32,000 bases of DNA from an uncultured Bacillota bacterium (GTDB lineage Bacteria > Bacillota > DTU025 > MWDF01), in the NCBI GenBank assembly GCA_963823655.1, contig CAWGMK010000010.1, positions 425,755 to 457,754 on the forward strand, read 5' to 3'. The translations under genes and the position numbers were made by a program. The notes beneath the pieces were generated by a model. It had not been told where the DNA came from. It saw nothing but the letters and a program-made list of their open reading frames with translations, and did no database searches. Positions 9,783 to 19,267 of this stretch are shown one piece after another. Each line of letters begins with the position of its first letter. The first letter of the stretch is position 1.

Positions 9783-10831
9783 TGAATTTAATATTGATCG
9801 CCTTTTTCCTTGCGACGGCACTGTCGCTGGCATTGACTCCGGCGGTCGGATACCTTGCCAGGAAGACCGGGGTAGTCGACGTTCCGCGCGGAAGGCACGC
9901 GCATGAGAAGCCAATACCGCTGATGGGCGGCCTTGCCATTTTCATCGCCTTCGTGGCAACCGTACTTATGAGGCTTGGCGTTACAGGCTGGGTCCTGGGG
10001 CTTATCCTGGGAAGCAGCGTGATCATGCTCACAGGCATAGTAGATGACATCTTCGAGCTGAAGCCGCTTGCGAAGCTTGCAGGCCAGATAACAGGCGCCG
10101 TCGTCATGGTGGCGATGGGAGTGCGCATGGAATTCGTGTCCAACCCGTTCGGCGGGATAGTGCACTTAAGCTGGCTTTCCTATCCTTTCAGCGTAATTTG
10201 GATACTGTCTTTCGTCAATGCCATTAACCTCATCGACGGGCTGGATGGGCTAGCCTCGGGCGTAGTCGGCATAGGCTCGATGTCGCTGGGCCTCATCGCT
10301 TTCAGCAAAGGGCACATAGATGTCGCGATACTCGCAGTCATCCTTTCAGGCTCCTGCATCGGCTTCCTATGGCACAACTTCAACCCCGCCCAGATTTTCA
10401 TGGGGGATACGGGAGCGCTCTTCATAGGCTCGGTCATGGGAGGAATCAGCGCGGTCGGAGCCATAAAGGGCCCTGCCACGATGACTATCGCCGTCCCGGT
10501 CGTGATATTGGGCGTTGCCGTAGTGGATACGGCACTTGCCATATTAAGGCGCATCGAGAACAACGTGAGCATAGGCGAGGGAGATTATGACCACTTCCAT
10601 TACTGGCTGGTTAAGCACGGCCTAACGGTCAGACAGGCGGTCGGCATAATCTATGCGCTGACTATTGCCCTTTCAGTAGTCGCCTACTTCATATCCAGCC
10701 AGAAATCGACCCCCGCGGGCTGGTTTATTGCCTTCGGCGCGTTTGCGGTGCTCATCATCGCAGGTGCGATGGTGGGGATGATAAAGCTCGGCAGGCTGGG
10801 CAGATGGATCAAGGAAAGGCGGAAATCCTAG
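9782..10831 (+). CDS. wecA: Glycosyltransferase family 4 polyprenyl-phosphate GlcNAc-1-phosphate transferase (WecA/TagO-like)
   Basis: It is polytopic and contains HEKPIPLMGG, NLIDGLDGLASG and FMGDTGALFIG. It lacks the MraY-type KxGTPTMGG motif. The start overlaps the upstream stop (TGATG). Confidence 0.8.
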   Translation: MNLILIAFFLATALSLALTPAVGYLARKTGVVDVPRGRHAHEKPIPLMGGLAIFIAFVATVLMRLGVTGWVLGLILGSSVIMLTGIVDDIFELKPLAKLAGQITGAVVMVAMGVRMEFVSNPFGGIVHLSWLSYPFSVIWILSFVNAINLIDGLDGLASGVVGIGSMSLGLIAFSKGHIDVAILAVILSGSCIGFLWHNFNPAQIFMGDTGALFIGSVMGGISAVGAIKGPATMTIAVPVVILGVAVVDTALAILRRIENNVSIGEGDYDHFHYWLVKHGLTVRQAVGIIYALTIALSVVAYFISSQKSTPAGWFIAFGAFAVLIIAGAMVGMIKLGRLGRWIKERRKS

Positions 10832-11974
10832 ATGCCAAGGGTCATGGCGGTATTCGGAACCAGGCCGGACACCATAAAGATGATGCCTGTCATAGAGGCC
10901 ATAAAGGCGCATCCAGCAGATTTCGAGCTGTTCTCATTGTCGACCGGCCAGCACAGGCAGATGCTTGACGACGTCCTGAGGGTGTTCGGCGTGGAGCCGG
11001 ACCTCGACTTGGACATCATGAGGCCGGACCAGACCCTAAGCGACATCGTTACCAGGGGGCTTCCGGCCATAGGCGCTGTTATCAAGGACATTTCACCCGA
11101 TCTGGTGCTTGTGCACGGCGATACCTCCACGGGCTTTACCGCCTCTCTTGCGGCGTTCTACGCAGGCGTCAAATCGGCCCATGTAGAGGCCGGCTTGAGG
11201 ACATTCGATAAATGGAACCCATTCCCCGAGGAGATGAACAGGAAGCTCATAGGTTCCCTTGCCGACTTGCACTTCGCGCCGCTAAAAACCCACAGGGCGA
11301 ACCTGCTGGCAGAGGGCGTAAAGCCCGATGGCATCTACGTGACGGGAAACACTGCGGTCGACGCCGTACTGAGGACGTCCGAGAAGGTCAAAGACCTCGA
11401 GAATGCCGAGCTGGAAGGCGCGATATATGGCTCCGGAAGGCTGATACTGGTAACCGCGCACAGAAGAGAGAGCATCGGCGCAGGGATCGAGGGCATATGC
11501 CTTGCCGTGAAGAGGATACTGGGCAAATACCGGGATGTCAGGATATTGTTCCCCGTGCATCCTAACCCCAGGGTCTCCGGTACAGTCCACAGGATACTCG
11601 ACGGCGAAAACCGGTGCCACCTGGTGAGCCCGATGTCCTATCCGGACATGGTGCTTGCCATGAAGAGCTCGTACTTCTGCATGAGCGATTTGGGCGGCAT
11701 ACAGGAGGAGGCGCCTTCCCTTGGAAAGCCCGTCCTTGTGCTGCGGGAGTGCACCGAAAGGCCCGAGGGGCTGGCCGCAGGCACGCTAAAGCTTGCCGGC
11801 GTATCGCCCGACAGGATATTCGAGCTGGCAAGCCTGCTTCTTGAGGATGAGGGCGAATACAGGAAGATGGCGGCAAGCCGCAACCCGTTTGGCGACGGCA
11901 AAGCCTCGGACAGGATAATACAGGCGATTTTACACAGCGCGGGCCAGGCCTCAAGGCCGGCAGATTACGAATAG
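10832..11974 (+). CDS. wecB: UDP-N-acetylglucosamine 2-epimerase (non-hydrolysing)
   Basis: It contains VFGTRPDTIKM, LVHGDTST, HVEAGLRT, HRRE and GGIQEEAPSLGKPVLVLRECTERPEG. It begins directly after the upstream stop. Confidence 0.9.
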   Translation: MPRVMAVFGTRPDTIKMMPVIEAIKAHPADFELFSLSTGQHRQMLDDVLRVFGVEPDLDLDIMRPDQTLSDIVTRGLPAIGAVIKDISPDLVLVHGDTSTGFTASLAAFYAGVKSAHVEAGLRTFDKWNPFPEEMNRKLIGSLADLHFAPLKTHRANLLAEGVKPDGIYVTGNTAVDAVLRTSEKVKDLENAELEGAIYGSGRLILVTAHRRESIGAGIEGICLAVKRILGKYRDVRILFPVHPNPRVSGTVHRILDGENRCHLVSPMSYPDMVLAMKSSYFCMSDLGGIQEEAPSLGKPVLVLRECTERPEGLAAGTLKLAGVSPDRIFELASLLLEDEGEYRKMAASRNPFGDGKASDRIIQAILHSAGQASRPADYE

Positions 11975-11987
11975 TCAACCGAAAGGC

Positions 11988-13253
11988 GTGAACGATATGG
12001 AACTTAGCACCTTGATCGTCGAAGGCGGAAGGAGAATGGAAGGAAGCGTGAGGGTGGGCGGGGCCAAAAACTCGTCTCTGCCCCTTATAGCCGCAGCTTT
12101 GCTTCCAAACGGCGTGTCCGTCATTGAGGACGTACCGAGGCTTAAGGATATAGAGACGATGCGAGGCGTCATCGAGGCGCTCGGGGCGAGGATAATCATG
12201 GACGGCAATGTGATGTCTGTGGACTCCTCCGGCATCAACGGCAACGAGCCCCCCTACGAGATGGTGAGATCCATGCGGGCATCTTTCCTTGTGATGGGCC
12301 CGCTTCTTGCCAGGATGGGCAGCGCCCACATATTCCAGCCGGGCGGCTGCGCGATAGGCGCAAGGCCCATTGACCTGCACCTGAAGGGCTTCGCCGCCCT
12401 TGGCGCAAGCGTTGATATGAGCGGAGGCGTCGTCAAGGCAAGCGTTGCCGGAAGGCTTAAGGGCGAGAGGGTCTACCTGGACTTTCCTAGCGTGGGCGCC
12501 ACGGAGAACATAATGATGGCGGCAGCTACAGCCGACGGCAGGACCTTAATTGAAAACGCAGCGAGGGAGCCTGAAATCGTTGACCTGGCCAACTTCCTGA
12601 ATAAAATGGGCGGCAAGGTCAGAGGCGCCGGCACCCCTGTTATAAGAATTGACGGAGTCGAAAACCTGGCTCCGACCTCCCATACGGTCATACCCGACAG
12701 GATAGAAGCGGGCACTTTCATGATAATCGCAGCTACGACGCAAGGCAGCCTCTACATAGACAATGTCGTCAGCGAACACTTGAAGCCACTGGAGGCAAAG
12801 CTATTGGAGGCGGGAGCCCAGATAGAGAACTTCGAAGGCGCCATAAAAGTGAGCGCCGACAAGAGGCTCAAAGCCGTCGATATTACGACGATGCCCTACC
12901 CCGGTTTCCCGACCGACATGCAAGCGCAGCTTATGGCACTTCTTTGCACGGCGGACGGAACATCCCAGGTCACCGAGAACGTCTTCGAGAACAGATTTAT
13001 GCACGCCCCGGAGCTTTCAAGGATGGGCGCTAATGTCAAGATAACCGGAAGGACCGCCATAGTCGAAGGCGTACCGAAGCTCACCGGCGCACATGTGAAC
13101 GCGACTGATTTGAGGGCCTCCGCGTCGCTTGTTACCGCGGCCCTGGTGGCCGAAGGAGAGACCCACATACACAACATTTCGCATCTGGACAGGGGATATG
13201 AGAACTTCGAGGGGCGGCTTGCCAAATGCGGCGCCAGGATGAGAAGGGAGTAG
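11988..13253 (+). CDS. murA: UDP-N-acetylglucosamine 1-carboxyvinyltransferase
   Basis: It contains GGAKNSSLPL, the active-site Cys context QPGGCAIGARPIDLHLKG, YPGFPTDMQAQ and LDRGYE. The start is GTG 11988 or ATG 11997. Confidence 0.93.
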   Translation: MNDMELSTLIVEGGRRMEGSVRVGGAKNSSLPLIAAALLPNGVSVIEDVPRLKDIETMRGVIEALGARIIMDGNVMSVDSSGINGNEPPYEMVRSMRASFLVMGPLLARMGSAHIFQPGGCAIGARPIDLHLKGFAALGASVDMSGGVVKASVAGRLKGERVYLDFPSVGATENIMMAAATADGRTLIENAAREPEIVDLANFLNKMGGKVRGAGTPVIRIDGVENLAPTSHTVIPDRIEAGTFMIIAATTQGSLYIDNVVSEHLKPLEAKLLEAGAQIENFEGAIKVSADKRLKAVDITTMPYPGFPTDMQAQLMALLCTADGTSQVTENVFENRFMHAPELSRMGANVKITGRTAIVEGVPKLTGAHVNATDLRASASLVTAALVAEGETHIHNISHLDRGYENFEGRLAKCGARMRRE

Positions 13254-13259
13254 ATTTGA

Positions 13260-15074
13260 TGCGCAAGCCCAAAATTAACTCCCTGATGCTCCTGCTGGCC
13301 GGGCTAATGGCAATTTCGCTGGCTGCAGTGTCCAATGCCGCGCCCAGCTATATGGACCCGAAGGACGCGAAGGCGGGCATGTCGGGCGAGGGGTTGACCG
13401 TATTCTATGGAAGTGAGCCATCGCCTTTCAGCTTCAGGGTGATTGCAGTCACAAAAGGAGATTCCGGCCTTTCGGACCTTATTATCATCAAGGTGGGTGG
13501 CAAGCAGGTGGACGAGATTGGCGGCATCGCGGCGGGAATGAGCGGGAGCCCATGTTACATCAGGCGACAGGCTCCTGGGGCGCTGTCGCATGTGCTTGAG
13601 GGCCCGGATGCCAGCATTGGAATAATCACTCCCATGAGCCAGATGGTCAAAATACTGGAAGCCTACAAGTTCGCAAGCCTGTACGAGACTATAGAGGTAG
13701 AAGGCTGGGGGACATTCAAACCTGCGGCCGGGCCCATGTGGGTGGGAGGACTTAATTCCAGGGGTTTGGGCCTTCTGCAGTCCCGCCTTGGGGTTTTGGG
13801 CTTCGCAGCTGCCCCTCTTCCGCTCGGCACAGGCATCAGCATAGGCCAGAATACGCCCTATGCTGCAGGCTCTTCCATAGCGGTGCAGTTGTGCAACGGA
13901 GACATAGAGGCCGGAAGCATCGGCACTGTGACATGGTCGGACGGCAAGAGCTTCCTTGCCATGGGCCATCCCTTCATGAACCTCGGCGAAGTGGGATTCC
14001 CGATGTCGAAATCCCAGGTGCTTGCAGTGCTCCCTTCGGATGATTTTCCCTTCAAGCTGGGAACTTTCGAGAATCCCGGAGCTATAGTGACCCAAGACCG
14101 GGCCTCAGGCATAGCGGGGCTCATCGGACTTGAGGCACAGATGACGCAAGTGCAGATCACAGTAAACGACATGCAGACCGGCAGGAAGAGCACCTCCAAT
14201 TTCAGCTGCGTGCCGGATGCCAGGCTCATCGAGGGGCTAATAAGCTCCGGGCTCCTATCGGTCGTGGACAGCACGATCATGAGGGTGGGAGAGGGGACGG
14301 CATTCATAACGGTATCCATGGACGTATCGGGAATGAAGCTTCTCAGGGAAGATATGGTATGGTCTGCCTCGGACATTGCAGGCTACGCATCCTTCGAGCT
14401 GTCGGACATATTAAGCATGATTCTTGGAAATGACGTCGACGAGCCTGCAATAGCAGACATTTCGGTAAGCCTGGACATCGCGCCCGTCAGGCTGACATCC
14501 TCGATACTGGAATTGAAGCTTCCGGAAGGGGGCTTCAAGGCCGGCGAATCTAGCTCGGATCGGAGTAGTGATAAGGCCCTTCCGTGAAGTAGCCTATACG
14601 GAATATGTCGAAATCGAGATCCCTCAGGGGGTTCAACCCGGAAATATCGTAGTCGTTGTACGAGGAGGTTCCTCCGAGGACGATGCGGAAGTATATACTA
14701 TTGTGGATAAGGTCGGCGAAACCGAAGGCGTAGCGCTAGTAGACATGCTGGAGGCAATAGAAGGCGCCGAGCAGAACAACGAGCTGATAATCGAGATCAG
14801 ATACGCCCTTGACGAGGAGTCGACTGGCACTGACGAAGGTTATGTGGAAACGGAATCCGAGGAGGAGGAGCCCCTCTACTCCGCGGGAATTGTGATTTCA
14901 GAGCATCATAAGAGGGTATGTTTCAGTGGAATCAGAGATAAAATAGGGGCTGAATCGATAAACGGGAACGGACTCGGTCCTTCCAGACGTTTCTTCTTTA
15001 GTGACTTTAAGCTTAAGAGGAGCCGTATGAGCCGGGACCGGACAAAAGTTAGCGCAACCGTCAGGAGGTACTAA
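13260..15074 (+). CDS. Secreted SpoIVB-like peptidase S55 family protein, interrupted by one apparent +1 frame change near 14545-14552
   Basis: It has a signal peptide (MRKPKINSLMLLLAGLMAISLAAVSNA) and the S55/SpoIVB-type serine motif GGIAAGMSGSPCY. ORF 13226-14587 continues sensibly only in the frame of ORF 14568-15074: ...KLPEGGFKAGE | LARIGVVIRPFREVAYTEYVEIEIPQG.... An acidic tract (ETESEEEE) lies near the C-terminus. The last ~60 codons are basic and low-complexity, so the true stop is uncertain. Confidence 0.65.
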
Positions 15075-15075
15075 G

Positions 15076-16785
15076 ATGATAAGAGGCGGCAAAGGCAGGG
15101 CAGTCATAATCCTTTTGGCAGCCATGGGTCTAGTCGTAGCAGCGTCTGCTCTGGCATCGGCCCAGTCTTACGGCAGGCTTGCCAGCATAGAGATCGAAGG
15201 CAACAGGAAACTGGATGCCGAATTTATAAAAAGCCTGATGCCATTGACCATAGGGATGGATTTGACACAGGAGGACCTGGACAAGACCTTCGCGGCGATG
15301 CAGGCAAGCGGATATTTCGCCGATCTGGGGGCGCGTTCGCAGTCTTTCCTGGGCGGAATCAAGCTCATTGTCACGGTGGAGGAATTCCCGGACCTCAATA
15401 CGATAGCAATCTCCGGCAATACGCTAATAAGCACGGAGCAGCTGCTATCTCGCATGAAGTCCACTGTTGGCAAGATGATCAACATAAACACCGTCAAGGA
15501 GGACCTGGACGGGATAATCGCCCTCTACAAGGAGGATAACAGGATTGCCACCGTCCAACCCGACATCAGCATGGACGGGGTGCTGACCATAGTTATAATC
15601 GAATGGAAGGTCGGCTTGGTACAGATTACCGGAAACGAGAAGACGAAAGAGGAGATTATCAGGAGGAACATCAGGGTAACAGAAGGCGACTTCATCGATA
15701 CCCAGGTCCTTTCTGATGACAGCCGCCGCATATACAACACGGCGATATTCGAGGATGTGGGAGTCGAGCTTCTGCCCAAAGACGAGGGCCCGTATGCCGA
15801 CATCACATTCGTGGTCACGGAGACTAAGACGGGGCTTTTCAATGTCGGCGCAACTTACAACTCGGCTGAAGGCCTCATCGGCTACATAGAAGTATCCGAC
15901 AAGAACGTATTCGGCTACGGCATCACAGTTTCCGGCAAGCTGGAGGCGGGCGGCAAGGAGAAGCAGATCCTCGGCGAATTCAGCATATCTACGCCGTACC
16001 TGTTCACAGACAAGCTCAGCGGAGGCCTCGAAGTGTACCGCAAGATGGCCAACAAGACCATAGACATAGATGAGGACGAAGAGGAGAACGACCTCGACGA
16101 TCTCATCTACAAGCAGTACAGGACCGGCGGCAGCATATGGATGGGATACAATTTCGACCTGTACACCAAGGCGGGTGCGTCTTTCAGGGTCGATTTCATT
16201 GAGAACCAGTCTGAGTTGCCATCTCCCGCAGTGCCGGCCGATACATCCACCAGGAGCATCACGCTGTCTCTTAACAGGGATACCAGGAACGACTTCATTA
16301 ACCCCACCAAGGGATACACCATCTTCGCCTCTACGGAGTTCGCAGGCGGCATTCTAGGCGGGGACGACAATTTCACCAAGCTCTTCACCCAGCTGACGGG
16401 CTACTATGAGTTCAAGGACGGCCAGGTGATAGCGGGGCGCCTCGGCGCTGGCGCCGGTATAAAGCCGCTTCCCTCACATGTTAAGTTCCTGCTTGGCGGC
16501 GGGGACAACCTAAGAGGCCTCAAAGAGCCCATAGAGGGCGACTATATAGTATTCGGCAATGCCGAGTACAGGTTCCGCATCTATGAGGAGATCGTCGGCG
16601 GCGTGGTATTCTTCGACCTCGGCCAGGCCTGGAACAAGGGCGAGGGCTTCACATTGGACGGGATGAAGTACGGCGTCGGCATAGGCGCAAGGGTCACAAT
16701 ACCGATGCTCGGGATGATAAGGCTCGACTACGGCATCTCAAACGGTCAGGGCCGGGTGTATTTCGGCTTCGGTCATACGTTCTAA
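15076..16785 (+). CDS. bamA: Outer membrane protein assembly factor BamA (Omp85 family: POTRA repeats + beta-barrel)
   Basis: It has a signal peptide ending ASALA-SAQS, then POTRA-like segments (IEIEGNRKLDAEFI..., VQITGNEKT.EEIIRRNIRV.EGD). The surface-antigen barrel shows alternating-hydrophobic strands and includes LGGGDNLRG. The C-terminus is aromatic (GFGHTF). AGGAGG lies 7 nt upstream of the ATG, 1 nt after the upstream ORF. Confidence 0.88.
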   Translation: MIRGGKGRAVIILLAAMGLVVAASALASAQSYGRLASIEIEGNRKLDAEFIKSLMPLTIGMDLTQEDLDKTFAAMQASGYFADLGARSQSFLGGIKLIVTVEEFPDLNTIAISGNTLISTEQLLSRMKSTVGKMININTVKEDLDGIIALYKEDNRIATVQPDISMDGVLTIVIIEWKVGLVQITGNEKTKEEIIRRNIRVTEGDFIDTQVLSDDSRRIYNTAIFEDVGVELLPKDEGPYADITFVVTETKTGLFNVGATYNSAEGLIGYIEVSDKNVFGYGITVSGKLEAGGKEKQILGEFSISTPYLFTDKLSGGLEVYRKMANKTIDIDEDEEENDLDDLIYKQYRTGGSIWMGYNFDLYTKAGASFRVDFIENQSELPSPAVPADTSTRSITLSLNRDTRNDFINPTKGYTIFASTEFAGGILGGDDNFTKLFTQLTGYYEFKDGQVIAGRLGAGAGIKPLPSHVKFLLGGGDNLRGLKEPIEGDYIVFGNAEYRFRIYEEIVGGVVFFDLGQAWNKGEGFTLDGMKYGVGIGARVTIPMLGMIRLDYGISNGQGRVYFGFGHTF

Positions 16786-16792
16786 TATATGA

Positions 16793-16822
16793 ATGACAAC
16801 TCAGGCAACTGAGAATTATAAT
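16793..16822 (+). promoter_or_regulatory. Candidate sigma70-type promoter for skp, embedded in an 8-bp inverted repeat
   Basis: ATGACA (16793-16798) is followed by an 18-nt spacer and a perfect TATAAT (16817-16822). ATGACAAC (16793-16800) and GTTGTCAT (16830-16837) are exact reverse complements flanking the -10. Confidence 0.45.
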
Positions 16823-16870
16823 TAAATATGTTGTCATAAATTATCTAAATGAGAGGATGGTCAGTCCCAG

Positions 16871-17329
16871 ATGAAGAACCTTTTTAGAAACACGACGGCA
16901 GTAATAATGGCAATCGCTTTGGTGGCAGTGGCCGCTACAATCAGCAACCTTACGACAGGCAAGGCAGGCGCCGCCCCCGACTACGCGGTAATAGGCCATA
17001 TAGATACCGACAAGCTCAACTCCGATTTCCCGATGCTCAAGACGGCATGGGAGGCGGTCGCGGCCAAGAAGGCAGAGCTTGAGAAGGAACTTAACAAGAA
17101 GGCCGAAGGGCAGGACGCCGACGCTAAGGCGAAGCTTGTTGAGCAGTTCAACGTGCTTTACAACGACTACGCCAAGAAGACACTCGATCCCGCCTACGCC
17201 AAGCTCGAGACGACAGTCAAGGAAGTGGCCAAGGAAAAGGGAGTGACCGTGATCCTCAACAGCTCGATAGTCATCGAGGGCGGCGTCGACATGACCGATG
17301 CAGTCCTGGCTAAGGGCGGCCTTAAGTAG
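16871..17329 (+). CDS. skp: OmpH/Skp-family periplasmic chaperone
   Basis: It has a signal peptide, then IGHIDTDKL, a Lys/Glu/Ala-rich helical arm, and the C-terminal VAKEKGVTVILNS...VDMTDAVL pattern typical of OmpH. Confidence 0.8.
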   Translation: MKNLFRNTTAVIMAIALVAVAATISNLTTGKAGAAPDYAVIGHIDTDKLNSDFPMLKTAWEAVAAKKAELEKELNKKAEGQDADAKAKLVEQFNVLYNDYAKKTLDPAYAKLETTVKEVAKEKGVTVILNSSIVIEGGVDMTDAVLAKGGLK

Positions 17330-17347
17330 TATTCGCCAACTGTACAG

Positions 17348-17376
17348 AAAGGGGCGCGTTTAGGCGCCCCTTTATT
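17348..17376 (+). terminator. Rho-independent terminator after skp
   Basis: AAAGGGGCGC (17348-17357) pairs with GCGCCCCTTT (17364-17373) around the loop GTTTAG. The trailing tract is TTTATT. Confidence 0.7.
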
Positions 17377-17401
17377 CACATAAGTGACAGGAGTTGCCTC
17401 A

Positions 17402-19267
17402 ATGAGGAAGCTTGACCGGTATGTGGCGCGGGAGTTCCTAGGCCCATTCTTTGCCGCAATAACCGCGTTCATCGTCATATCCCTCAGCGTCCAGCTCTTC
17501 TGGCTGGCCGAAATGGTCGTGGTCAAGCACACCCCCCTTGCGACCGTATTGAAGCTCATACTCTACAACATACCCACAGCACTGGTACAAGTTCTCCCCT
17601 TCGCCACCCTTTTTGCGGTCCTGCTAGGATTGGGCAGGCTAAGCCGGGACAGCGAGCTTTCGATAATGAGAGCCGCAGGCCTCAGGCTTTCCAGGATCGC
17701 AGCCCCCATGATATTCATAGCGCTTCTTATCAGCGCATTCGGCTTCTATATGGGCGACCAGGTGGCCCCCAAGGCCAATTTGGAATCGCGCAACATCGTA
17801 AACAGGATGATCCTGGGCGACAGCATACCGGGGATTGAGAACAACGTCTTCTTCCGCGGGCCCGACAACAAGTTCTTCTATATCGGCCGGGTGAGCGAGG
17901 ACAGGGCGACTGTCCAGGACATCATGATATATGACATCGGATACGGGAAGTACCCGCAGCTGATAACAGCGGCCAAGGGGCAGGCGGACTCTGGAGTATG
18001 GGTATTCCTCGACGGCAACATCCATGAGTGCGGTTCGGACGGAAGGGTAGTATCGACGGCCCATTTCGATTCGCTGGAAATCAGGATGGAGCGCGCGGTC
18101 ACAGATTATACGAATTCCGGCAGGACAACCTCCGAAATGTCGATGAAGCAGCTTAAAGAGAGCATCTCGCTCTTCACGAAAAGCGGCATCAAGGCCAAGA
18201 ACCTTCTCATAGACTACTACCTCAAGATCGCCCAGCCCATCTCATCCCTGATTTTTGCAATACTGGCAGTGCCTCTTGCAGTACGAAGCCCCAGGCGCGG
18301 AGGGGCCGTCTACAGCATCGCCGCCGGCATACTTATCGTTACCTTGTACTTCATATTCGAATCGGTGATACGCTCGTACGGAATGCTCCAGGCGACAAGG
18401 CTTCAGCCCTGGATGGCGGCATGGTCCGCTGACATCATCTTTATGGTGGTGGCCCTCATCCTTCTTATAAGGGCGGATTCGAAGAGGATGAGAAAGCGCA
18501 TCCGTAAGCCCAAAGGGCCGGCAACAGCCATTATCCTGCTCATAGCCCTCGTACTTCTTCTGCAGCCGTCAATTGCGGCTGCGGCCGGGACGAATGTCAA
18601 GGTAACAGCCGAAAGGCTGGTTTATGAGGGCTCGGACATATGGCGCGCCGAGGGCAAGGTTGAGGTTTCCTTCGATGATGTCGTGGTGAGGGCTGATACC
18701 GCAAGAATCGACCTTACGACGAACAAGGCCGAGCTCACAGGATCGGTTACAGTAGAAATGAAGGGCAGCGTCATCTCCTCGGGCCTTGCCGTCGTGGACA
18801 TAAAGACTAAGGAAGTCACTTTCGGGGCGTTCGAAGGGCGGGTAAGCGACGAGCGGGTAGAAGGGTACATCTACATCAACGGGGCCGGGTTCACCGAGAA
18901 GGACGGAGACTACAAGCTGACGGATGGCTATCTGACCACATGCGACCTGCCTCAGCCTCACTACAGGATAGAGGCCAAAAGCATAGAGTTCACCGAAGCT
19001 GACGTCATAGTCGCAAAAGACGTTTCATACTTCGAGGGCAATATTAGGCTCCTGCGCCTTCCTTCGCTGACCATACCTCTTAGGGAGGAGGACAGGATCA
19101 TCCTTCCTGAGTTCGGCTGGAGCGGAATAGACGGCGCATACATCAAAACTACGATGAAAAGGCAGCTTAACGAGGACAACAGGCTGACACTAAGGCTGGA
19201 TTTCTTCACGGTAAGCGGCCTGGGGCTGGGCCTGAAGCACGAGTACGGCATAGAACGGCAAAGGTGA
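17402..19267 (+). CDS. LptF/LptG-family LPS export permease continuous in frame with a 7th TM / signal-like helix, an OstA (LptD N-terminal) beta-jellyroll and the start of an LptD-like barrel
   Basis: The N-terminus MRKLDRYVAREFLGPFF (ATG 17402, AGGAG 8 nt upstream) is typical of the YjgP/YjgQ family. There are 3 TM helices, a periplasmic domain and 3 more TM helices, ending near 18470. With no stop, the ORF continues RADSKRMRKRIRKPKGPATAIILLIALVLLLQPSIAAAAG, then VKVTAERLVYEG...VRADTARIDLTTNKAELTGSV (OstA-like), then GYLTTCDLPQPHYRIEAKSIEF (LptD-like TTCD, 18934-18945). The ORF ends at a frame change near 19260. Confidence 0.7.
   Translation: MRKLDRYVAREFLGPFFAAITAFIVISLSVQLFWLAEMVVVKHTPLATVLKLILYNIPTALVQVLPFATLFAVLLGLGRLSRDSELSIMRAAGLRLSRIAAPMIFIALLISAFGFYMGDQVAPKANLESRNIVNRMILGDSIPGIENNVFFRGPDNKFFYIGRVSEDRATVQDIMIYDIGYGKYPQLITAAKGQADSGVWVFLDGNIHECGSDGRVVSTAHFDSLEIRMERAVTDYTNSGRTTSEMSMKQLKESISLFTKSGIKAKNLLIDYYLKIAQPISSLIFAILAVPLAVRSPRRGGAVYSIAAGILIVTLYFIFESVIRSYGMLQATRLQPWMAAWSADIIFMVVALILLIRADSKRMRKRIRKPKGPATAIILLIALVLLLQPSIAAAAGTNVKVTAERLVYEGSDIWRAEGKVEVSFDDVVVRADTARIDLTTNKAELTGSVTVEMKGSVISSGLAVVDIKTKEVTFGAFEGRVSDERVEGYIYINGAGFTEKDGDYKLTDGYLTTCDLPQPHYRIEAKSIEFTEADVIVAKDVSYFEGNIRLLRLPSLTIPLREEDRIILPEFGWSGIDGAYIKTTMKRQLNEDNRLTLRLDFFTVSGLGLGLKHEYGIERQR

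Noticed and set aside
14890-15074. A separate small gene or regulatory RNA between the S55 peptidase and bamA.
   Set aside because: The other two + frames hit stops within a few codons, and the minus-strand ORF (14898-15125) has no motifs. The only signal is a weak 9-bp hairpin (14963-14982) with a T-rich tail. I left the region as the uncertain 3' tail of the S55 ORF.
17384-17401. GTG 17384 as the start of the lptF/G gene.
   Set aside because: The AGGAG Shine-Dalgarno (17389-17393) lies inside this extension. The family-typical N-terminus MRKLDRY begins at ATG 17402.
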